64,000 nucleotides of DNA from Planctomycetota bacterium (lineage in GTDB: Bacteria > Planctomycetota > B15-G4 > JADJEK01), in the NCBI GenBank assembly GCA_052034255.1, contig JBPOIU010000022.1, positions 7,354 to 71,353 on the forward strand, read 5' to 3'. A program made the position numbers and the translations under genes. Positions 25,030-33,534 of the stretch are shown one piece after another. The first letter of the stretch is position 1, and each line of letters begins with the position of its first letter. The notes beneath the pieces were generated by a model. That model searched no databases and had not been told where the DNA came from. It worked only from the letters and a program-made list of their open reading frames with translations.

Positions 25030-27581
25030 CAGACGTCCTCCCGACACAGCTCGGTCGCTGGCGCTCGACTCGCGCGCAAGGCCGGCACGATCGCCGCGGC
25101 GACCGCGGCCGCCAGCACGGTCGCGACTTGCGCGAACACGTCGACGCCGGGCGCTTCGATCGGGATCGTCCAACCGAAGTACGCGCGGTTGATCGCGACC
25201 ACGAGCACCCACGCCAACGCGAGTCCGCCGATGGCTCCGGGCACGAGGCCGAGCAATGCCAGCGCCACGCCCTTGCCGACCCACACGACGAACAGTTGCG
25301 CGCGCGTCGCGCCGAGCGATCGCAGCAGCGCGATCTCGGCGCGGCGCTCGCGCGCCATCACGAGCAACGCGAGCGTCACGCCGGCGACCGCGACCAGCAA
25401 GCTCATGCCTTGCAAGACGCCCGTGATCACGAAGGTCTGATCGAAGATCCGCATGCCGGCCGCGCGCACCGCGGCGCTGCTCGCGAACACGAGGCCGACC
25501 GCGGCGAACTCGGTCTGGAACGCCTCGGTCGCACGCTCGGCGTCGGAACCGGGCACGAGGTAGATCGACAGATCCGTTGGTGGCCCAGGTCCGAACACGC
25601 GCGCGTACGTTTCGAGGTCGAGCACCGCGGCGCCGAACTCCGACGTGTAGTCGTAGAACACGCCCTCGATCGGGAACCGGAACGCGCCACGCGCGGTCGT
25701 CAGCGTGAACGTGTCGCCGACGCCCAAACGCAGCGTCCGCGCCAGCGGTTCGCCGAGCAGCACGCCGCCGGCCTTCACCGCCGCGAACGCGGCCGTCGCG
25801 TCGCCGCCCGCGCGATCGGCGAACAGCGGAAAGCGGTGCTCGCCGCCTTCCAACGCGATGTCGACTCCGCGCACGCGGATGCGTTCGCCGTCTTGCCAGA
25901 CCAACGTGTCGCGCAAGCGATCGACGGCGCGCACACCCGCGGTCGTGCGGATGCGCGTGAGCGCCGCGTCGTCGATGCCGCCGGATTCGAGCCCCGTGCG
26001 ATGCCCCATGCCGGCGACGTACACGTCCGCCGAAATCGTCGTTTCGATCCACGACGCGACCGTGCGGCGGAAGCTCGACACCATCAAGGTGATGCCGAGC
26101 ATCATGCTGACCGCGATCGACAACGCGGCGACGGCGAACGACGCGGTCAACAGCCGCGCGCGCAAGCTCTTCACGCCGAACCCGAAGCCGAACGTCGTGC
26201 CGCGCACCGAGCGACCCGCGAGCACGACGACGCCCGGCGCGACCAACGCCGCCGCGACGAGCACCGTGAGGCCCAGCAGGAACCCGGCCGGTCGCCAATG
26301 CTCCGCGACGAGCGCGTACGTCGAGCCGCCAACGAGCAGGACCGCGAACCCAAGCACCGTGCTGCGACCCGCGTGGCGCGCGACCTCTTCGTGCGCCTGC
26401 CACGCGGCGAGCAACGTGCGCGGATCGCGTCGCGCGACGTCGATCGCGGGCCACGCCGCGCCAAGCCAGGCGCCGCCGAAGCCGACGAGTCCCGCCAGCG
26501 GCCACAGCGTCCACGTCGCATGCACGGCGGTGATCTCTTCCAGCAGGTAGAGGTTCGTCATCGTCGCGCTGATCGCGCCGAGATTGCCGCGCGCGAGCGC
26601 GAAGCCGAGCGGCAATCCGATCGCGATGCCGATCGCCGCGAACGCGGTCGCTTCGCCGACGATGAGCGCGACGATCTGCGCACGCGTGGCGCCGAAGCTG
26701 CGCAACACCCCGAACTCGCGCCTTCGCCGCGACAACATCGCCTGCGTCGCGCTGGTCACGAGGAACAAGCCGGCGAACACCGCGACGAACGACAACGCTG
26801 TGAGGTTCACGCGGAACGCTTCGAGCAAGCCGTCCGCGCGCGCGCGCTGTTCCGCGGTGGTCCGCACTTCGACTCCGACCGGCATGCGCGCCGCGAGCCG
26901 CGCCCGAGCCACGTCCGCATCGGCTCCGGCGCGCAGCTTCACGTCGATGCGTGAAACCCGACCGTCGAGGCCGAACATCGCCTGCACCTGCGCCAGATCG
27001 GCGAATGCCGTGCGCGGTGACAGCAGCGGCGACTTGCGCGAGAAGTCGAACACGAGCCCGAGCCGCAGTCGCAACGTCCGCGAGCCGCTCCGCACGTCGA
27101 ACGCATCGCCGCGCCGCAACCCGAGGCGCTCCGCGAGCGGCGCCGACAGCGCGACGAATCCCGGTGTCGACAGCGGCTGCCCGAGCTCGAGCGCGGGACC
27201 GACGACGTCGCCGGCGTCCAGCGCGCCGCTGCCGACCGCAGCGAAATCCACGCCGAACAACTCGAGCGGGACGCGCTCGTCGCCGCGCGTCGCGATCGCG
27301 ATGACGCGCAGATGCGGCCGCGCGCCCGCTACGTCGACGTCGTCGAGCGCCAGCGCCCACGCGGCGTCGTCGAACGTCGCTTCCGCACCGGTGATCGAGA
27401 GTTCGCAATCGCCGGACACGGCGTCGACGGACGCTTGGAACGCGCCGACCGCGCTCGTGTTCAACAGGCGGATGCTCGTCACCGACGCGACGCCGAGCGC
27501 AACGCCGACGATGCACAAGGCCACTAGCGACCACGACGCGCGCAGCTGCGCGAGCTCGGTCCTCAGGAAGACGCGGAGCAC
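25029..27581 (-). CDS. ABC transporter permease with two FtsX domains (YbbP/MacB-like, ~850 aa)
   Basis: GTG start is at VLRVFLRTELAQLRAS. There are two TM bundles, each with an RRREFGVLRSFGATRAQI / RRAEIALLRSLGATRAQL FtsX motif, and large periplasmic loops. Confidence 0.75.
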   Translation of the reverse strand: MLRVFLRTELAQLRASWSLVALCIVGVALGVASVTSIRLLNTSAVGAFQASVDAVSGDCELSITGAEATFDDAAWALALDDVDVAGARPHLRVIAIATRGDERVPLELFGVDFAAVGSGALDAGDVVGPALELGQPLSTPGFVALSAPLAERLGLRRGDAFDVRSGSRTLRLRLGLVFDFSRKSPLLSPRTAFADLAQVQAMFGLDGRVSRIDVKLRAGADADVARARLAARMPVGVEVRTTAEQRARADGLLEAFRVNLTALSFVAVFAGLFLVTSATQAMLSRRRREFGVLRSFGATRAQIVALIVGEATAFAAIGIAIGLPLGFALARGNLGAISATMTNLYLLEEITAVHATWTLWPLAGLVGFGGAWLGAAWPAIDVARRDPRTLLAAWQAHEEVARHAGRSTVLGFAVLLVGGSTYALVAEHWRPAGFLLGLTVLVAAALVAPGVVVLAGRSVRGTTFGFGFGVKSLRARLLTASFAVAALSIAVSMMLGITLMVSSFRRTVASWIETTISADVYVAGMGHRTGLESGGIDDAALTRIRTTAGVRAVDRLRDTLVWQDGERIRVRGVDIALEGGEHRFPLFADRAGGDATAAFAAVKAGGVLLGEPLARTLRLGVGDTFTLTTARGAFRFPIEGVFYDYTSEFGAAVLDLETYARVFGPGPPTDLSIYLVPGSDAERATEAFQTEFAAVGLVFASSAAVRAAGMRIFDQTFVITGVLQGMSLLVAVAGVTLALLVMARERRAEIALLRSLGATRAQLFVVWVGKGVALALLGLVPGAIGGLALAWVLVVAINRAYFGWTIPIEAPGVDVFAQVATVLAAAVAAAIVPALRASRAPATELCREDV

Positions 27582-28264
27582 GGCGCCTCCAAGCGACCGG
27601 AATGCAGTGTCAGCACGCGATCGGCGCGGGCGGCCAACTCGTGGTCGTGCGTGACGAACAGCAGTGCGGCGCCGCTGTCCTTCACCAGCTCGAGCAGCAG
27701 ATCCATCACGATCGTCGCGTTGCGATCGTCGAGATTGCCGGTCGGTTCGTCGGCGAGCACGAGACGCGGCCGCATCACCAACGCGCGACACAGCGCGACG
27801 CGCTGCTGCTCGCCCCCGGACAACACTCCGGCGGGAGCGTCACGACGCGGCAGCAGACCGACGCGCTCGAGCAGCGTCAGCGCCCTGGCTCGCGCCTCGG
27901 ATCGCGAAGCTCCGGCGATCGACGCGGGCAACAGCACGTTCTCGAGCACCGACAGATGCGGCAGCAGATGGAAGAACTGGAACACGAGTCCGATCGCGTC
28001 GCGCCGCAAGCGCGTGCGCGTCGCGTCGGGCAATGCCGCGAGATCGACCCCTTCGAATCGCACGTGCCCACGCGTCGGCACGTCGATGCCGGCGGCCAAG
28101 TGGATCAGCGTGGACTTGCCGCTGCCGCTGCGCCCGAGCAACGCGACGACTTGACCGCGGCCGAGTCCGAAACTCACGTCGTCCAGCACGGACGTCGTGG
28201 CCGCCGCCGCCGCGAACTCGCGGGACACGTGTTCGAAACGCAGCAAGTCGTCGTTTGCGCCCAT
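27563..28264 (-). CDS. ABC transporter ATP-binding protein (LolD/MacB-type)
   Basis: Walker A is GRSGSGKST. Signature is LSGGEQQRVALCRAL. Walker B is LVLADEPTGNLD. H-loop is FVTHD. Confidence 0.85.
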   Translation of the reverse strand: MGANDDLLRFEHVSREFAAAAATTSVLDDVSFGLGRGQVVALLGRSGSGKSTLIHLAAGIDVPTRGHVRFEGVDLAALPDATRTRLRRDAIGLVFQFFHLLPHLSVLENVLLPASIAGASRSEARARALTLLERVGLLPRRDAPAGVLSGGEQQRVALCRALVMRPRLVLADEPTGNLDDRNATIVMDLLLELVKDSGAALLFVTHDHELAARADRVLTLHSGRLEAPCSASS

Positions 28265-28330
28265 GAGTTCCTCACCACCATCGGATCAACGACCACCCGC
28301 GGCTCGTCGGTGGACGTCGACCCGTCGCCA

Positions 28331-29065
28331 TCAGACCACGGCGAGCGCCTCGGCCAAGGCGTCGGTGATCGCGGCAAACCAGCGCACGCGAACGGCAGAG
28401 GCGCGCGCGACGACGGCTTGATTCAGTTCGAGCTCGATCCCCGCGTACGCCGCATCCGCGAACGAACGGCGCGTCGCCGTCGTGAGCCCATCCGACACGC
28501 CGCGATACGGTTGGTTGAAGCGCACGCGCACGTCCGGGAGTCGGCGCACCAACGCCGCGCGCCACGTCGTCGCGAGGCGCCGTTCGAACCGCCGCCGCGG
28601 GTCGAACAACAGTCCGATGTCGACGCGGCGCGTCACTCCATCGAGGATCGGCGTGAACGAATGACATGCGACGTGCACGACGCGGCCCGCGCGGCGGTGC
28701 GCGCGCGCGAGCTCCTCGGCGACGCGGTCCCGATGGGCGCGCCAATGAGCGTCGAACACGCGCCGTGCGAGCGCCGCCGGCAAGTCCTTCGTGAACTCCG
28801 ACCACAGCCGCGGATGGTGGGCGGACCGATTGGTGTCGACCACCAGGCGCGACACGGTGGTCGCGACCAACGGAGCGCCCAGTCGATCCCGCAGCATGCG
28901 CGCCAACACCAAGGCCCCGGGGTCATGCCCACGATGCGATTCCAACACCGCCGCGGCATGCGCGAAGCGTGCGCGCAACGCCGCCGGAATGCGATGACCC
29001 GCGTGTTCGCAACTGACGACCAGCGCCGGCGCGCCGCGCGGCGACCGGCGGGAAACGGTCGTCAT
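28331..29065 (-). CDS. N-formylglutamate amidohydrolase (FGase)-family protein
   Basis: Start is at MTTVSRRSP. ALVVSCEHAGHRIP...LVVDTNRS...HVACHSFTP matches the FGase/HutG-like fold motifs. ATGA-type overlap with the GCS2 stop. Confidence 0.65.
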   Translation of the reverse strand: MTTVSRRSPRGAPALVVSCEHAGHRIPAALRARFAHAAAVLESHRGHDPGALVLARMLRDRLGAPLVATTVSRLVVDTNRSAHHPRLWSEFTKDLPAALARRVFDAHWRAHRDRVAEELARAHRRAGRVVHVACHSFTPILDGVTRRVDIGLLFDPRRRFERRLATTWRAALVRRLPDVRVRFNQPYRGVSDGLTTATRRSFADAAYAGIELELNQAVVARASAVRVRWFAAITDALAEALAVV

Positions 29066-30303
29066 GCGCCGTACTGCGTGCCGTGTTCGAGGCATTGCGC
29101 GAGCTCGCCATAGACCGCGCGCAACGTGCCGAGCGTCGGGTCGAGTCCCGTCACGCGCACGATGCGGCGCGCCAGAGGTCCGCGCTCGAGGATCGTCTTC
29201 AGTGCGAGCCGGACGTCGAGATTCTCCGTGGTCTCGACGATCACCTGCTCGGCGATCTGGCGCCAGACGTCACCCGCTCGAATCCGTTGCGCCCGCACAC
29301 CGAACGCGGCGAGCCACTCGTGGTCCTCGATGATCGCCTCGTCGGCGTCGCGCGCGCAGCGCAAGAACTGACTCGCGAGTCGTTCGGTCGAGAACGAGCG
29401 CAGGTGCGCGTCGTCGAGCCAACGACCAGACAACATCGCCTTCAGCGTCTCCACGGTGATCCACGCGATCGCGATGTCCGCGACTGGTGTCTCCTGCACG
29501 TCGAGCACGCGGATCTCGAACGCATCGCGCACGAAGCGCGCGATGACGCCGCGCGAATTGAAGAACTCGTCCTTCAGCGTGCCTTCGGGATCGAACGGCG
29601 CGGCGTCGCGCCAGATGCGCTCCAGGATCTCCGTGCGGTAGGCCTGCGGCGTGAACACCGCTTCGGGCACGATTTGCCCCGTCGCCGATGGGATGCGCGC
29701 CTGGTTCTTGCGGTAGACCTCGAGCCGGTTGTCGAGCCAACCGGTGCCGCGACCGTCGACGAACGGCGAACTCGCCGCGAGCGCGGGCAACAACGGCAGC
29801 ACGACGCGCAACGCCGCGTGCAGGCGGCCGAACTCCACCGCGTCTCCGAACGGCAGATTGACGTGGCAGCTCTGCAGGTTCGACCAACCGTGCCCGCGGC
29901 AGTCGAAGATGCGGTCGTAGGTCGCGTAGACCTCGCCGCTTCCGTGCGGCCACAACTTCATCTGACGCGACGGGTCCATCCACGGATGCATCGCCGACGG
30001 CAACAGGCGGGCGTTGTGCGCATCCAGCAGGCGCTGCATCTTCGCGAGCGACGTGTTGAACGCGCCCGGCAACGGCAGCAGGCTCGGCGCGGGGCCGTTC
30101 GTCTTCAGCTCGATCACATGCAGCACGAGTTCGTTCGACCACGCGATCGGCCCGTCCTCGTGATCGCCACTGAGATTGCCCGCGGCGGCCTCGAGCAAAC
30201 GGTCGGCGATCGGCGCGACGTCCAGCGTGTCGCGGTCGACGATCATGTACTCGAGCTCGATGCCGAAGCCTTCGAACAGGTGCAGCGGACGACGATCGCT
30301 CAT
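29062..30303 (-). CDS. Carboxylate-amine ligase, GCS2 family (YbdK / gamma-glutamylcysteine-synthetase-2-like)
   Basis: Start is at MSDRRPLHLFEGFGIELEYMIVD. HVIELKTNGP...HPWMDPSR...GWSNLQSCHVNLPF is the GCS2 signature. The upstream 210 codons of the listed ORF are artefact. Confidence 0.7.
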   Translation of the reverse strand: MSDRRPLHLFEGFGIELEYMIVDRDTLDVAPIADRLLEAAAGNLSGDHEDGPIAWSNELVLHVIELKTNGPAPSLLPLPGAFNTSLAKMQRLLDAHNARLLPSAMHPWMDPSRQMKLWPHGSGEVYATYDRIFDCRGHGWSNLQSCHVNLPFGDAVEFGRLHAALRVVLPLLPALAASSPFVDGRGTGWLDNRLEVYRKNQARIPSATGQIVPEAVFTPQAYRTEILERIWRDAAPFDPEGTLKDEFFNSRGVIARFVRDAFEIRVLDVQETPVADIAIAWITVETLKAMLSGRWLDDAHLRSFSTERLASQFLRCARDADEAIIEDHEWLAAFGVRAQRIRAGDVWRQIAEQVIVETTENLDVRLALKTILERGPLARRIVRVTGLDPTLGTLRAVYGELAQCLEHGTQYGA

Positions 30304-31790
30304 GCGAAGCTCCGATTGCGACGACGCTCGACGCGCTGCATCAGCACGCGCATCACGCGCAGATACAGCTCGTCCTTCAGCACCGCGTCCTCGACTCCCG
30401 CATCGATGTTCGGGTTGTCGTTGACCTCGATGACGTAGACCTTGTCGCCGATCTGCTTCAGATCGACGCCGTACAGCCCGTCGCCGATCAGGTTCGCGGC
30501 CTTCAGCGCCGCTTTCACCACCCGCGTCGGCGCGTGCTCGATCGGCAGCGTTTCCGCGCGACCGAACGTCTTCTGCTGCGACGCGGCGTCGCGCTTGACG
30601 ATCTGCCAGTGGCGCGTCGCCATGAAGTAGCGACACGCGTACAGCGGCTGGCGATCGAGGATGCCGATGCGCCAGTCGAACTCGGTCGGCACGAACTCTT
30701 GCGCCACGATCAGGTCCGAGCGTTCGAGCCACTCGTCGATCAACGCCTCGAGCTGTTCGCGCGTGTCGGCCTTCTTCACGCCTTGCGAGAACGCGCTGTC
30801 CGGCTGCTTCAGGATGCACGGCAAGCCGAGCGTCTCGAGCACGCGCTGCTCGTTGCCGCGATGCACGATCATCGTCTTCGGATGCGGCACCTTGTTGCGC
30901 AGCAGCATCTCGGCGAGGAACACCTTGTTCGAGCACTTCAGGATCGAATCCGGATCGTCGATGACGACCAGTCCTTGCGCCTTCGCCTTCTCCGCGAACC
31001 GATAGGTGCGGTGATTCACGCTGGTGGTCTCGCGCAGGAACAGCGCCTCGAACTCACCGAGTCGCGCGAAGTCGTCGGGATCGATGAAGTCGACGTCGAA
31101 CCCGACGGCCTCACCGGCCTTTTGGAACTTCTTCAGCGCGCGCTCGTCGCTCGGCGAATCCTCGGCACTGGCGTCGCACAGGATCGCGAGGTCGTAGCGC
31201 GTGTCGGTGCGCTTGCGCGCGGTGCGATGCCGGCACGCGAAGTACTCGCGCGTGACGTCGAACAGGAACGGGCGGTGCTCGATCGGCACTTCGACGTAGC
31301 CGATGAGGCTGATGCCGGTCATGCCCCAGCGCCCGGACTTCGGATGGCGCTCGAACTCCGCGCGCAGCAGCGGCGCCGCGAATTGCCGAAACAGCGCGGC
31401 GGCGAGCTCGTCGTGGCGCTTCGCGACGTTGCGACCGAAGTAGACGCTGAGCGTGAACTGGTCCGACTGGATCGGCGTCAGGCTCTTCTGGATCAGATCT
31501 TCGAGTTCGCCCGACACGACGCGGATCACGGCCGGCGACTTCAGCTCTTGGATGGTCGCGACGCTCGGGCTCGGCTTGTGCCCGCGCGCTTCGGCGAGCA
31601 GCGACACGTAGTAGCCGGCCTTCTGATACCGATACGCGCGGCAGAGGTTGAACACGCGCGTTCGCGGCAACTCCACGTACGCGGGATCGGTCAGGTAGTC
31701 CTTCGACGCGACGACGCGCGTGTCCGGCACGTCGAGCGGCCAATCCGAAGGATCGCGGACGACGATGAGATTCGGCGGACGAGCGTTCAT
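30300..31790 (-). CDS. RimK-like ATP-grasp amidoligase with ~200-aa N-terminal pre-ATP-grasp domain
   Basis: Start is at MNARPPNLIVV. The C-terminal half (LVVIDDPDSILKCSNKVFLAEML...PCILKQPDSAFSQGV...LIVAQEFVPTEFDWRIGILD...YGVDLKQIGDKVYVIEVNDNP) matches the RimK/GshB ATP-grasp signature. ATGA overlaps on both sides. Confidence 0.7.
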   Translation of the reverse strand: MNARPPNLIVVRDPSDWPLDVPDTRVVASKDYLTDPAYVELPRTRVFNLCRAYRYQKAGYYVSLLAEARGHKPSPSVATIQELKSPAVIRVVSGELEDLIQKSLTPIQSDQFTLSVYFGRNVAKRHDELAAALFRQFAAPLLRAEFERHPKSGRWGMTGISLIGYVEVPIEHRPFLFDVTREYFACRHRTARKRTDTRYDLAILCDASAEDSPSDERALKKFQKAGEAVGFDVDFIDPDDFARLGEFEALFLRETTSVNHRTYRFAEKAKAQGLVVIDDPDSILKCSNKVFLAEMLLRNKVPHPKTMIVHRGNEQRVLETLGLPCILKQPDSAFSQGVKKADTREQLEALIDEWLERSDLIVAQEFVPTEFDWRIGILDRQPLYACRYFMATRHWQIVKRDAASQQKTFGRAETLPIEHAPTRVVKAALKAANLIGDGLYGVDLKQIGDKVYVIEVNDNPNIDAGVEDAVLKDELYLRVMRVLMQRVERRRNRSFA

Positions 31791-32527
31791 GACGCGCGCG
31801 AGTTCTCCCGCTTGGGACGTACGACCAAGAGCACGGCGTCGTACGTCAGTACGCCGAGCAGGATCGATCCGATGACGCGATCGATGTCGACTTCGTAGTG
31901 ATGCGCTTTGCGCCGCATCGGGTTCTCGAGATACGGATCGGCCACGTGGACGACGCGATCGTCCGCGTCGTAGCCGGCGAGCACGACGAAGTGGCCCTGC
32001 GGCTCGCCGCGGATGTCGTCGGGCTCGTCGTCGTCGCCGTGCTCGCGCTTCGCGCGGTAGAGGAACGTCGACGACAGGCCGGTCAGGATCGGTTGCTTCT
32101 TCGTCAGGTACTTGCGGATCAGCGCCGGCGTCAGATCGACCAGTCGCAGGTCGCCGCCGCGATCGAGGAACTCGAGGTAGGCGCGGGTCGCGGCTTGGAG
32201 ACGCCGACCGCTCTTCACCGCGCGCTGGCGCATCAGCCGTTCGGCGATGTCGACGCGTTCGGTCGAGAACCACGTCGGATCGAAGACTTGCAGGTTGTAC
32301 GTGTACAGGATCGCTTCGAAGCCGCGCTCGAGCGCGTCGTTCGCGAGCAGCACCGCGAGCGTGCCGCCGGAGTCGAGCGTCCGCACGTCCCGGATCACGT
32401 CCTCGAGCTCGAGCTCGAGTCCGTAGTAGCGGTAGACCGCGTGCAAACACGTCGGCCCGCACGTGCGATCGTCGGGTTGCGGCAGGATGTCGAGGAGCAG
32501 GCGTTCGGCCATGAGGGGCGCGATCAT
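31787..32527 (-). CDS. Papain-like / C39-like cysteine peptidase-domain protein (ATP-grasp associated)
   Basis: Start is at MIAPLMAERLL. DRTCGPTCLHAVYRYYG is a putative catalytic Cys. GHFVVLAGYDADDRVVHVADP is the His..Asp. The same CxPTC / GHxxVLxGxD..DP pattern appears in the protein at 52442..53485. Confidence 0.5.
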   Translation of the reverse strand: MIAPLMAERLLLDILPQPDDRTCGPTCLHAVYRYYGLELELEDVIRDVRTLDSGGTLAVLLANDALERGFEAILYTYNLQVFDPTWFSTERVDIAERLMRQRAVKSGRRLQAATRAYLEFLDRGGDLRLVDLTPALIRKYLTKKQPILTGLSSTFLYRAKREHGDDDEPDDIRGEPQGHFVVLAGYDADDRVVHVADPYLENPMRRKAHHYEVDIDRVIGSILLGVLTYDAVLLVVRPKRENSRAS

Positions 32528-32583
32528 AGGCGCCGAGGCGCGCTCGTCGGTGCGTACGACCGACAGTTCCCACTGGGCCGCGA

Positions 32584-33534
32584 TCAACGCACGCGGGGAT
32601 CGTGGCGGCCGGAGTCGCGCCAAACTTCGTCGACCACGCGCCGGATCGCCGCCGTCGCGGCGGCCCGCTCGGCCGGCGCGGTCATCCGGCGTGCCGTCCG
32701 CCACCATTCCTCGGTGGCCCGCCAGGCCGTCATCAGCTTCGCGAGCACGAAACCGAACGGGCCGTACGCACGCTGGTAATAACGGGCCCGGTTCTTGTGC
32801 CATTCGAGCGCGAAGTCGCCGTAGCGCCGCGTCGACGCGCCGCCGTGATGCACGACACGCGCACCGGCCAGGAACCAGATCGAGAAGCCGCGCGCCACCA
32901 AGCGCCGGCACAACTCGACGTCGTTGAAGAACAGGAACAGGTCGGCGTCCAGCAAGCCGACTTCCGCGAGCGCGCTCTTACGCAGCATCAGCGCCGCGCC
33001 CGGCGGCTGGTCCACGCGACGGGTCGACAGGTGATCGAAGTCGGAGCAGAAGTACTGGTCGATGACGCGACGCAACGGCCAACGCTTGCCGAACCAGGTG
33101 TCGAAGCCGACGGCGACGGCGAGCGTCGGAAAGCGCATGCACGCGCGTTGGATCGAGCCGTCGACGTTGAACAACTGCGCGCCAACCGCGCCCACCCACG
33201 GATCGTCCTCGAGGAAGCGCACGAGCCGCGTCGGCGCGTCGGGCGCGACTTCGGTGTCGCTGTTCAACAGGAACACGAAACGGCCGCGCGCGGCACGGAT
33301 CCCGACGTTGTTGCCTTCGGCGTAGCCGACGTTGCGCGGGTTCTCGATCAGACGGACCTCGGGAAAGCGCTCGCGGACGCACGCCACGCTGTCGTCGGAC
33401 GAGGCGTTGTCGACGACGATGACCTCGCGCGACAATTCCGGATCGACCGCACGCACGCATTCGAGGCAGCGCACCAGCAGGTCGCGCGTGTTCCACGACA
33501 GGATCACGATCGACAGCAGCGGCGGAGCGCTCAT
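32584..33534 (-). CDS. Glycosyltransferase family 2
   Basis: Start is at MSAPPLLSIVILSWNTRDLLVRCL. VIVVDNASSDDS...LLNSDTEV. ATGA overlap with the upstream GT2. Confidence 0.75.
   Translation of the reverse strand: MSAPPLLSIVILSWNTRDLLVRCLECVRAVDPELSREVIVVDNASSDDSVACVRERFPEVRLIENPRNVGYAEGNNVGIRAARGRFVFLLNSDTEVAPDAPTRLVRFLEDDPWVGAVGAQLFNVDGSIQRACMRFPTLAVAVGFDTWFGKRWPLRRVIDQYFCSDFDHLSTRRVDQPPGAALMLRKSALAEVGLLDADLFLFFNDVELCRRLVARGFSIWFLAGARVVHHGGASTRRYGDFALEWHKNRARYYQRAYGPFGFVLAKLMTAWRATEEWWRTARRMTAPAERAAATAAIRRVVDEVWRDSGRHDPRVR

Noticed and set aside
24927-26954. 675-aa plus-strand ORF opposite the FtsX permease / AttH genes
   Set aside because: Arg/Glu/His/Asp-rich nonsense with no domains. 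The minus strand encodes a convincing two-FtsX-domain permease.
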